From Lama glama (Eukaryota), in contig CM052851.1 of the NCBI GenBank assembly GCA_028534125.1, positions 558,001-622,000 on the forward strand: a stretch of 64,000 nucleotides of DNA, in the 5' to 3' direction. Below the pieces are notes generated by a model. The model saw nothing but the letters and a program-made list of their open reading frames with translations, did not search any database and was not told the DNA's origin. Position numbers and translations under genes: made by a program. Within the stretch, counting starts at the first letter, position 1. Every line of letters starts with the position of its first letter. This document shows, piece by piece, positions 22,801-34,800 of this stretch.

Positions 22801-25800
22801 CGGAGACACTGGACTGAGAGGCTGTGCTTGATGTGCTCTGGGGTCCAGGGGAAGAGGNNNNNNNNNNNNNNNNNNNNNNNNNNNNNNNNNNNNNNNNNNN
22901 NNNNNNNNNNNNNNNNNNNNNNNNNNNNNNNNNNNNNNNNNNNNNNNNNNNNNNNNNNNNNNNNNNNNNNNNNNNNNNNNNNNNNNNNNNNNNNNNNNNN
23001 NNNNNNNNNNNNNNNNNNNNNNNNNNNNNNNNNNNNNNNNNNNNNNNNNNNNNNNNNNNNNNNNNNNNNNNNNNNNNNNNNNNNNNNNNNNNNNNNNNNN
23101 NNNNNNNNNNNNNNNNNNNNNNNNNNNNNNNNNNNNNNNNNNNNNNNNNNNNNNNNNNNNNNNNNNNNNNNNNNNNNNNNNNNNNNNNNNNNNNNNNNNN
23201 NNNNNNNNNNNNNNNNNNNNNNNNNNNNNNNNNNNNNNNNNNNNNNNNNNNNNNNNNNNNNNNNNNNNNNNNNNNNNNNNNNNNNNNNNNNNNNNNNNNN
23301 NNNNNNNNNNNNNNNNNNNNNNNNNNNNNNNNNNNNNNNNNNNNNNNNNNNNNNNNNCCTGTCGTGCTGTCTTCTGGTTTCGGGCGTTCCGTGTGTCGTG
23401 TGTCCCAGGTGTTGGCTGTTTCGCTGGTCCATCCGTGGGTCGAGGACCCTGTAGAAACAGTGTTCGTGAGATCCCTGTCTCGCTGCGGTGCGCTCTGCCC
23501 TGTGGGCCATCCTCACCTTTGTTGTCTCCTTCTCACTTTTCGCTTTTGGCTGTACTTGGAGGGTCTGGGACTTTCCTGGATGACTCGCATTTCCCGTGGC
23601 CCCCCAGTCATTCTGTCTCATTCCTTGTTGCATGTCACATGGTAGTGGTGATTTTCGGGGCCCCTTCCTGCAGTCCTGGGTGGCTGTTGTCCCCTCAGCC
23701 TGATTCTCAGGGCATCCTTCCCTAATGGTACCCCGGCCACTGACCTGGGGACACGGCTTCCGTTCTTGCCTTGGGTCTGGGGGACCAGAGTTTTGTGGCC
23801 CAGGCTGAGCGCTGGGGCCTGCACTTGGGTAACGTGTTGTTGGCAGCCCTCGCCCCGCCTCCGGGGCCCGTGGGCCGCCCGGGCTGTAGTGGTGCTGGAG
23901 GTGTGTGCGAGGGGCATGCTTGTGGAGAAGAGCTGTCCCCCTCTGTTGGGCCGAGCCCAGCCTGTGTGTTTGCCATGCATCCCCAGACAGCTCAGGCTGG
24001 GTGTTGGGGCTGCTCTGCCACGACCCCTGCAGGGACCCAGAGTGGGCACGTGCTTACTCGAGGGCGGCCCTGTGGAGGTCCCTGACGTCGCTGGGGCTGG
24101 CAGTGCTGTTGTGCGCACTGTGGACTGTGCTGTGGACTGTGTGGCTGCACTGATGGAGGAGGCTGTGGGCTGCGTTGTGGCCTGGGTCACTGTGGGTCCT
24201 GTGGCTGTTGTCCTTGCACTTGCTGTTGGTGCTGGCGCCGATGTGGCCCGTGTGGTGATAGCAGAGGTGGTTCTGGGTGACACTGCAGGGAACAGTATCC
24301 GGAACATCCCCTGTGACCCCGTCCTTGCTCTTGCAGGGCCCCTCTCCCACAGTGCAGCTCTACCTTGGGGCCTTACCTCCCTCAGAGAGTGTTGGCTCTT
24401 TCTGGGTGGTGGGGGCTGTCCCTGTGTGTATGGAGGAGAGGGCTGTGGCTCTGGCTGTGGCCACTGGTGTGGATGGGAGGCTGGAGGTCTGGATGGGGGC
24501 CTCAGGTGTGTCTGGGGAGCTTGACGAGGGTCTAGTGGAGTTGAGACCGATGGTGCTGGGCATGGTCGTGGTGGGCCTGGTGGCCGTGGCAGGAAGGCCT
24601 GAGTCGGGTAGTTGTGCTGTTAGTGTGGGGTGAGGGGCTGGCCCAGCACAGCCTTTGGGAGGAACCCCTCTCTAGCCTGTTGGGCCCCCAGGCCACATGG
24701 GCTGGGCAGGAGGCAGTGAGCTAGTGGCCCTGAGAGGGCAGCTTGAGTCCCAGCAGGGTAGGCTGGCGTCTCTGTGCACTGCCGTGCTCAGTGGCTCTGC
24801 AGCAGGGCCACCGTGGGTCCTGCCGTGCCCCCCGTGTCTGGCTTTCTGGTCAGCAGTGGCCGTTCCCGCAGGCACTGCAGCCCCAGGGACAGCCCAGGTA
24901 CGCTCCTTGCCCTGCCCCACACCCGCTGGCCCGGCTGCTGCTCCCACTGGGCTGACGGCCACAGGCTGGGCTGGCTGGGGGCTGTCCAGCAGAACAGGGA
25001 AGAGCCCTGGGGGGAGAGCCTGCTTCACCTTGGCACCTAGTATGTATGCAATCACCTGTTGTGGGCAGCGGCGTGGTAGGCGGCGGCACTGCAAGAGGAG
25101 GGGTGGTCAGGAGCGGTGCCCTTCCCCCTGCCCTGCTCCCTGCCCCCACCTGCCTGGGCCCTTCAGGGCCTTCAGGTGTGTCCCCAGAAGCGGAGAACCA
25201 GAGAGATGGAGCTACTGCAGAAGTGCCTGGACCCCTAATCCCTGCTCCCCTCCTCCCCATTGCCCTACCTCTGCATTGATGGGCCTGCCGGGGAGTGGAG
25301 GGGCCAGCCAGGGCTGTAGCCTGAAGGTAGCTGCAGGTGGTGTCCATCGCCCACCAGGCCACCTGTTGCTGAATTCCAAGGAGACCCCTGCTCTGCACGC
25401 ATACACCCCAGCAGGCTGGCAGGGCCCGGGTCTGCCCTGAAGCTGGAGACTGGGGGAGTGGATGTTTGGGAAGAGGGGAAGGGGAGGGGGCTCAGTCCTT
25501 TCCCCTGTCTCTGGCAGTCCTAGTCTCTGGGAGTCTCAGCACCCAGGGCAGAGCCCTGGGGAGTGGAGGTGCTGGCGGGCTGGGAGCTCTGTGCCAGAGC
25601 TGGGCGGCCCTGGGGGGCTGTCAGGCAGTCCCGAGCTTACTGCACGGCACACATGTTCCTTCATCTTGGTCGAAGTACTCGTCCTGAGAGCAGTTGTAGC
25701 AGCCTGGGGGTGGGGGTGCAGAGCGCGGCGGGACCTCAGTGCCTGCAGCCGGAAGCCCCATTCCCCAGGCCCAGTCCCTCCCCTCTCCGTCCTTCCGATG

Positions 25801-28800
25801 CAGCTCCCGCCCGCTGGGGTCCTGATGACTCCAGGCTGTTGCCCCTTCCTATCTCCTCTGTACCAGTACCTTCGATGTTGGTGCCCGGGAAGCCCTGCGG
25901 CCACGTGGGGCAGAGGCATGGCTGGTAGTGCCACGTACAGTTAGCCTCGTGGACGTACTGGTACTCGCCGCCCACCTGCACGTGGGTGTTGTAGAAGTCG
26001 CAGTAGACAGCTGGGAGGAAGGGCACCGTCAGCTGGCAGGGCCAGCCAGGGAGCCCGCACGTGGGCCCGGAAGGCTCAGGGTCCCCCTGGGGAGTCTCTC
26101 TGGGGGGCACAGCCCGCCGCCCGCCTGGCCCCTGGGCGGCCTGTGGGCAGGAGTGGGACACTCACGGCAGAAGTCTGGGGACCTCCAGTCCACGCACACG
26201 CCCTTGTCCACGCAGGCCTTGGCGTAGGCGGCCACGGCGTCGCACAGGCACTCGCAGTCTCCGCCGGTGTCACACCCACACGTGTCACGCACGCAGGCCT
26301 CGTAGTAGGGCAGGCGGTACACCTGGGGGAGCCGGCCCTCAGAGTCGGCCGCCCACACGCGGGGTGCTCGTGGCCCGGGTGGGGTCTGTGCTTGGTCCTT
26401 AGGACCGCTCTCCTGACCGCTGGGTCTGGAGCCACGCTGCCGCGAGGCGAGGCCCACACCAGGCCGGGTGTGCAGGGCTCACCTGGCTGTGGCAGGCGGC
26501 GAAGGTCTGGCTATTGATGATGGCGCACTTGCGCTCGGCCCAGGAGCGGCGGAAGGTGTTGAGGCTGCAGGGGTCCACGGCCCGCGTGGCGTCCCCGCAC
26601 AGCGGGCTCTCCTTCCAGGAGTTCACAAACTCTAGCTCGCTGGATGCCACATACTTGCTTCGGGTCTCGAAGTCGTCCTTCATGTTCCCGTTGTAGTTGC
26701 CGCACAGGCCACATAGGGCGTCCTGCGGGGGCGGCTGTCAGTGGGCGGCACAGCCCTCAATCCCGGCCGCGGGGAGGGGGCGGCAGATACCTGGGAGGCA
26801 CGTGCGATCTTGATGAAGAGGGTCATGTGCTTGTTCCAGATGAGGGTCAGGTTGTAGGCAGTGCCGACGGTGGCATCCAGCACCAGGTACAAGGAGCCGG
26901 CCTTCACCTGGAAGCGCACGCCGGGGTCCTCCCCGCTGACCGTGTAGTTCCTGTCTGCCAGCACGATGGACAGGCCCTGTGGGGCGCGGCCGTCACCAGC
27001 TGCCCGTCCAGGTCCTGGGCGGCCACTGAATGCCGCTGGGCTCTGCCTTGCCGTCTGAGTGCTCCACGGCTCAGCTCGCTCTGGGCTGGGGGCCTCCCGC
27101 TAGAGCCTGCCTTTGGCGGGTTTCAGAACGCCCTGGAAACTGTCCCGAGGGCTGGGAGGGGGCTTGTGGCAGAATCCCTCCTCTCTGCGTGGCTGTCCGG
27201 CTCCAGGGGACACTGCTGCCCCTGTGGGGACTAGAAGGCCTAGGCAGAGGGTGGCAAAGGCCCAGAGCGGCCAGGCCCTGGACCCCCAGGAAGTTGGGGA
27301 GACCCCACACACTCACCCCCAGGAGGACCGTGACAGCCCGCGAGCAGGTGACGCCTGACTTCCCACACACGACGTTCTCTGTCAGGATCTTGAAGGTGGG
27401 CTGTGAGTCGTTGGCACCACAGCCATCCTGTGGGAACAGGGCATAGAAGAGGATGCGGACCCTCTGCCCCACGCCCAGGCTGGCACTCACTGTGGCCCTG
27501 CGCCCCACGCCCCGTGCCCTACGCCCAGGCCGGCACTCACTGTGGCCCTGCGCCCCATGCCCCACGCCCAGGCTGGCACTCACTGTGGCCAGGATGTATT
27601 CGCAGTTGCCATCGAACACGAAACGCTGCCCATCGAAGGTGACTACGTGGCCCTCCCCGTAGAGGGTGCAGGTGGACGGGCAGTGGGTGCTCTGCTGGCA
27701 CGCCCATGTCCCCCCGGAGCAGGTGCTGTGGGACAGGTGGGCCGTGTCAGGGCTCTGGGGGGACCCCGGCACACGCACCCCTGCGGGGCCCTGACCACGT
27801 GGGTTAGCAGGGGCCCCTGCCCACCCCCGCCCCCAAGACTTGAGAACAGTTGGGCCACCAGGGTGTGCGGGTGGGGTGGCGGCTCACCAGCTCCTACAGC
27901 CGGTATGGAGCTCTGCGCCGCGGGGGTAGGAGGCGCCTGCAAACTCGCACGGGCAGTCCTCGGGGGGCACACACTGCCCGCTGGCGTTCTCGTAGAGCCC
28001 CTTGGCACAGACACAGCCGGCCTCACACTTGGTGGGCACCTGCAGGGAGGAGGGTGGGTGGCCCTGCTGGCTGCCGCCCCAGCTGGGCCCTTCTGAGACA
28101 CCCCCAGCATTCTTGCCAGACTTGCTCCCTGCAGCCAGCCTGCTCTGGGCCTCTCTTAGCAGAGCTGCCCCTCCCTGAGGGACTGGTCCAGTGCCTCTGC
28201 GTTGTGGCTGGGCTACTCTGTCCCCTCCCCAAGCTGGCCGGGGCCCCCGGCCCACAGTCCTCAGGGAGCCCCACAGATGAGCAACATGGTGGCCAGGCTG
28301 CCAGTCACACTCATCACAGGATGGTGGAGATGGGGCACGGCCCCCTTTCCTGCGGGGTGTGTGGAACTCCTCTGTGGGTCATGGAGAGGCTCTGGGGGTG
28401 TCCACCATGGGACTGTCCCACCCAAGTCTCCCCATGGCGTCCGCAGGCGGTGGGGATTGCCTTCCGGGGAAGGCTCGTCCCCTCCCTCTGCCCAGCCTTA
28501 CACAGGGGGTGCCAGTGGCCAACATCTGACAGGTGGGGGCGCAGGCAGCCCCAAATTTGTCCTCGGAGGACTGGCTGCAGGACTGGAATGTCTTGGGGGC
28601 CGAGCAGGTTGCTGCAGAGACACAGGGCCCGGGGTGAGGTAGGAGCCGAAGAGCCGGTGCCCGCAGTCCAGCTCCTCGAGCCTCGGCCCCGGCTACGCAC
28701 CCAAGAGCATCTGAGGCTGGGCCCGGCAGCTCAGGCGCCCGTTGGAGCAGTGGCTGTGGGAGAGAGGCCGTGTGAGTGTGCCGCCCTGGGCTGGGCTGCA

Positions 28801-31800
28801 GGCGGGTGGCCGCCCGACCCCCTTGCTCACCAGATGACGCCATTGACCATGGTGGACTGGTCGGCCAGGATGAACTTGGAGTTGTCCAGGAGGCAGGGGC
28901 ACTGGGACTTGCGCACACACTCAGTCTTGTGGTTCAGGTAGGTGCCCTCGGGGCAGTTGCAGCCGTCCACCGGCACGGCGCTAGGGTGGCACTCGACCTC
29001 GCGGTCGGACAGCGAGAGGCACGTGCGGTCACATGCCCGGCTGTCGTAGCTGAAAGTCTGATTGCCCGTGCAGGGGGTGGCTGCAGGGGACCCGGAGTCA
29101 GGCCCTCGAGGAGGTGGTCCCCGGCCGCCCGCCCACCTGCCCAGCCGGCACGCCCCCTGCCCGCACGCCCCCTGCCCGCACACCCCCTGCCCGCACGCAC
29201 TGCAGTTGTCCACGCTGCTCCTCCAGCCCTGGAGCAGGACGCCCCGCGAGGCGCAGGCGAGGGCGTAGTCACCCAGGGCGGCGCAGATGTGTGGGAAGGT
29301 CTCCTCGTAGTTGCAGGCCTGGTACACGCACCTCTGCGGGCAGACAGTGGCTGTGGGCACCCACCCTCCTGCCCGGCCAAGACCCCTGAGGGTGCAGCCC
29401 TGTGACGCCCCTGCTGCCCACGGGCCTACCCACCTTGTGGAAGGGCTTGGGGTCCACAGTGGCGTGGCACTTCTCGAATACTGAGCCCTCCTTCACCAGC
29501 ACTGCACAGTGGGTCTCCGCACATACCTCTGGGGTACAGGCCGGCGTGAGTCAGCTGCCTGCCCGGGGCTCCTGCCCACCCCTTCCCCCCAGCCCCCCAG
29601 CGACACTCACTGTTGAGCTGGCTCATGGAGCAGGGGTCAGTCTCACGCTCAAGTGCGGCCGGGCAGTTCCCTGCTCGCCAGGAGTCCACGAAGACCGAGG
29701 CAGTGCCCTCAGCGATGCCCATGCTGGTCGTGAAGTCGTCCGTCGTGTCCCCGTTGAAGTTTCCGCAGAGCCCTGGGCCAGCCAGACGTGAGGGTGGGCT
29801 GGTCTGTGCCCCTGTCCTGCCCCACACTCTCCAAAGGCCCTTACTCCTGAACCCCGCCCAGTGCAAGGGGCCAGCACTGCGACACCCGTGGGAAGGCCAG
29901 ATAGAACTGGCCTGGGGCCCAGAGCGCTGGCTGTGCTGGGTCAGCATGAGGCTCTGCTGGGCCCTTCTCTTCCGAAATCCGGGGTGGGGACAGAGCAGCT
30001 GGGCCGACGCGGGGCAGACGGAGGAGGGGCTCACCTCTGGTCTGGCCTCTGAAGTGGGGCCCAACAGTGACATACAGCTGGAACACGGGCCAGAGCTGGA
30101 TCACCAGTTCCAGCCCGAAGGTGGTGACCATCTGGACGTGGGTGGAGGATTGCCTGAAGACTGTGATATTGCCTGAGGGGACAGGGGGCTCAGCAGGGGG
30201 CCTGCTTTGGGACCCGCTCAGTGAGGCCCCAGGGCCAGGTGGGTGCTGAGGACTTACGAGTCTTGTACGGCAGCCACTTGGTGTCCCCGTGGTTGGTGAC
30301 CACCTCGTCCTGAGAAATGACGATCTTGTCCTGGAGGGAGGGAGGCCTGAGTCAGGGGGGCCGTGAGTGGGGGAGGCCAGGCAGGGTGAAGCAGCAGCTG
30401 GGACCCATCTGCCTGGGGATCTGGGGTGGGCGCCCAGCTGCAGGGCGAGGTGGCCTCACCTGGTTGGACAGGTAGATGATGGCGACCAGGGAGGTCTCCG
30501 AGTGCGAGTACCCAGACTTGTCGTACACGGCCATGAGTGAGCCCCCGTCGGGCAGCTGGGGGCTCTGGGAGGAGGGGCAGCTCAGCACAGAGGGCCCAGG
30601 GTGCTCGTGGCGGGGCCCCTGCCCCGCGGCGGGCCCCCAGGTGGAGGCTGCGTCCTACCTGAAGGAGGATGTAGGTGCAGGTGCCGTGGAAGCGGTAGGG
30701 CCTGGCATCGAACGTGGTGACAAAGGAGCCTCCCTCCAGAGCGCAGCGCCTGGGACAGGACTGCTCCGCACACTCCCAGTGGCCCCCGGAGCACCGGCTG
30801 CGGGCAGGGAGGCGTGACCCAGCTGGCCCCCAGGGCTGAGGCCGCCCCGCCTCCGGCTCTCCTGTCCTGTCCTGCCTGCATGCCCCTCTAGGTGTCCTGC
30901 ACTCACCAGGTCTGGCAGGCGGCTGTTGTGACCTCCCCGGGGGCGTAGACCACCCCACTGAGCACGCAGGGGCACTGGGAGACGGGCAGGCAGGTGTGGT
31001 TTGCAGAGATGTCATCCAGAACCGTACCTGCAGGAGAGAGGCTTCCTGGGGCTTCCCTCCTGCTGGGCAGCCTTCCCCAGCCTGTGCTGCGGACCGCCCC
31101 AGGAGAGCCTCCACCTTCAGCCCCACTGGCCTGGCAGCCTCCCGCCCTCCTGGTGCTGAGTGCTGCGCCTGGTGGGCGGCAGGCCCTGTCCAGCTCAGAC
31201 CCTGCCTCTGCCCACCCCCTTGCTCCCCACAGAACAGCCCCTGGGCAGTTGGGAGCAGTGGCGGCCAAGCCCTCCCCGGCGCAAGTCCCAGCAATGTCTG
31301 GGGAGAGTAGGTCCTGGCTCCAGGCCTCTGGGTGGTGCAGGGGCTGATGCCCTGTCTCTGGGCTCATTCTGAGGGTCCTGGGAGAGTGGCTGCCCTCACC
31401 TTCTGGGCAGAAGCAGCCAAAGGTGCAGAAGCTGGAGCAGCTGTGCTGGGGGTTGGAGCAGGTCCGAATGCAGGTCTCGCCGCACTCCCGGTACACCTGG
31501 GTGGCCGGGCACTGGCCCACGGCTGCAGGCCCGTGGCCGCCCCGGTGAGAGGGGCTGGGGCGGCCCAGGGCCCCACCACCCAGCCCTCCCTGGCCCAGGA
31601 TGTGGCCAGCCCCCCTCCCCGCAGGGCTTCTCTGTCTCCTGGATGGAGTGGACAAAGGAGGATTTGGAACACAGTGTCTGGGACCCTGCCCCGCGCCATC
31701 CGCAGGACTCACAGCAGAGGTCAGGGCCGCGCCAGCTGTGGACGGGCTGGCCGGCCATGCTGCACTGCCGCGAGTACTCAGACAGCGTGGCGCAGGCGCA

Positions 31801-34800
31801 GTCCTGCCGGCCCGGCTGGGCGCACACGGCCATGTCCTCCTGGCAGCCCAGCAGGAATGGCTCCCGGGACACGTTGCACTCGGGGGACACCAGGGTCAGC
31901 AGCTGGATGCAGGTCTGGGCCTGGGCACAGGGCCACTCAGGGTCATGAAGGTCGAGGCCGTGTCCCACACCACACGTGTGACTTGGAAGGCTGGGGGTGT
32001 CGTTGCCCTCGGCGACCCTGTCAGACCCTGTGGGCTGGCCCTGCCCCTGCTGAAGGGCCCCTCTGACCCCGGGGAGCCTGAGTCCTCACATACGTGCTCT
32101 GCCTGCAGGGCCTGGGGGCGGGGGACGGCCTCATGGGCACAGATCTCGTTGGGGTCATCCAGCTTCTGGAGAGCGGCGTACTTGTGGGGCTCCAGGAGTT
32201 TGCCTGGGGGCGGAATGGGGTGGGTCAGCACTGTGGGCGCAGGGCCACAGGGCGGTCTGGGCCCCACCCCACCTACCGTCCTCGCTTAGAAACTCATCGG
32301 TCTCTTCGCCATCGAAGTTCCCACACAGTCCACACATCCTGCCCATGTACCTCTTCTCCACCAGGACCTGGAGGGGCCGGGTGCTGCTGTCAGGGGGCGG
32401 GAAGGGCACAGGGCCCCCCGGGCCCCAGGACCCCTGGCCCAGCCGCTGAGGCTGCTCTCGCCTGCTCCAGGGCCCGGAGACCCCTCACAGGCAGGTTGGG
32501 GTCCAGGGACTGCCCGCCCCCACTCCCGGCACCTCTCGTGCTCTCTAGGTTGTCCTCTTTTTCAAGTGAGGACACAGCTGCCACAAAGCCCACGCCCTGT
32601 CCCAGAGGGCCACTCCCCACCCCTGCCGCATCCTCACCATGAGGTGGGCGCCCGGTCCCCACATGACCACCAGCTCCAGCTCCAGCTGCTTGGCCACCAG
32701 CTGCACGCTCTGGCCGAAGGGTGTGATCTGGAGGCCGTTGCTGGTGTAGGGCAGGCTGACGACCCTGTGGGGCATGAGCAGTCAGCGGCCGCTCCCTCGG
32801 GCCCCCGCCGCCCGGCCCGGTCCCACGGCCTACCCCACGTCCTTGACGGAGATGACTGCCTTCTGCACGGTGACCACGGAGACCCCCAGCTCCACGATGA
32901 TCCGGGAGATGTTCCCGCTGGGCCCTCGCCGCAGCTGGACACTGAAGACGGATGAGGCGTCCTCACAGACGGCCGCGAAGACATAGTTGCAGGTCCCCAA
33001 AAAGTCGTACACGTGGCCGTCGAAGGTGGAGAAGTGGCCGGCCCCCCAGGTGGAGCACCGGCCCCCATCTGCCGCTGTGGAGAGGGGGCGGGGTCTCAGA
33101 GCCCTCCTGGGGTTGGGGGGAGGAAGGCCTACCCCCATCCAGCTCTGGGCTGGGGTCTGCCTCCCACACCAAGCCTTATGGGAGTGCAGGCCTCTGTCTT
33201 GGTTGGGGTCTGTAGGGTGTGAAGCTGCAGGTCAGCCCCCATCCTGCAGGACCCCCGCCCCTCTTGGCAGCATGGGTGTGCCTCCCCCGGGTGAGGGGTC
33301 GGCTCAGCTCCTTCTGTAGCTGAAGCCCCTCGCGGAAGCCCCAGACCACAACCACCCTGTGACGGGGTGTGGCCTGGTACTCGGGGCAGCTCCCGAGGAC
33401 AGGAGGATGCCCGTGCCCTTTACCTGACTGCCAAGAGTCCTTCAGCCTCCGGAGGCCTGGGGTCACCAAGGGTCTGTCACCCAGACCTGCGTGGACAGGG
33501 CCTGCGGTCAGTGTGGGACGGCCCCCCTCTGCCGAGGCCGCAGCGGTCAGCTTGGCCGGGCTGAGCCGGGCCTGGGGCTGTGGGGGCGCTGTGCTTCCCA
33601 CGCTCTGCCTTCCCTCTGGTCCTTCCCTCAGTCACCACGGAGGGGCCTGAGCGATCACCTGCTGGCCTGGGGACACAGTGGGAACAAAGCCCTACCCCCA
33701 GAGCCCCCCCAGGGAGGCCGAGTGCACAGGGGCAGTGAGAGAAGCCTGAGGGTGAGGAGGCCGGGAAGTGTCTAGGGGGCGGGAGTCAGCGTGTGGGCCT
33801 CGGGGCAGGCTGGGCGGGCAGGAGTCCTCCGGCTCCCCGGCTCCTGCTGGTGCCCGCCGGGCTCCGGGGGCTCTGGGCTGTCACTCGCTGTCTCTCAAGA
33901 TGCTCCAGGCCCTTGGGGTTCGACAAGGAAAACCAGTGCTGGACAGACAGGCGGGCATCTGATAAACAGGCTCACGGTCCTGCTCGCTCCCCGTGGGCTC
34001 ACGTGGGCCTGGGCCGGCTGGGCAGCTGGGCTCCCCTGTGGGCCTCATGGGTGGCAGGTGGAGAGCCCCAGCCTAGCGGGGCTGGGTGGACTGCGAGTGT
34101 GGGGGGCCCGGGCGTCTGTGGTGTGAGTTGGCTGAGGTTGTGTGTGGCTGGCCGCCTGGTCTCCCCCTGGGGTCGGGGAGGCCGAGAGAGGCCGGAGGCT
34201 CCCCAGAGGGCTTCTCCCTCCCCCGTGGCCCAGATTACCGTTCTGTCACTCCCTTCCTCCCCGTCAGCCTCCCAGACAGTCCTGGGACTGTGCTGGCCAT
34301 TGCCAGAGGATTGCCGGGACACTGGTCATGGTGACTGCGGGGGAGCACCGGCCCCGCCTCCCGTGCCTGCCCTGCTGCAGCCCTTCCTCGGCCCCCGTGC
34401 TGGCGGGCTGCAGGTTCATTGGCTAAGTGCAGGCCCTGGGGTCCTGGTCCTCCTGCCCACCCCCAACCCTGCCCCTTCGCCTCAGCTCTGTGGGTCCACA
34501 GTGCTGGTGGTGTTTCCCTGGGTGACACCAGGGAGCAGGGGCGCCTGCCAGGTGGCTGCAGGGTCCCCACGCTGGGCGGACGGTGACACCTGGCCCTGCC
34601 CTCCTCCTCTGCAGCACTGACTCGCAGATCCATGTCTGGGGCCCTTCTCTAGGCTCACCACTGCCCACCTCGATGCCCGGAGTCACTCCCCAGCCCCCAC
34701 GCGGTGGCCCCGCTGCTGCTCCCCCTCGTCCGGTCTCCTGTCCTCTGCTCTGCCTAGTCCCTACCCGGCCAGCATGGGTGTGCCTCCCCCGGGTGAGGGG

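Noticed and set aside
22791-23645. ORFs spanning the first gap
   Set aside because: Length comes from Ns; the real frame is MUC6 exon 31.
27850-28941. 363-aa + strand ORF and other antisense ORFs over MUC6
   Set aside because: Antisense shadow of GC-rich exons; low-complexity G/R/P/A composition with no recognisable domain.
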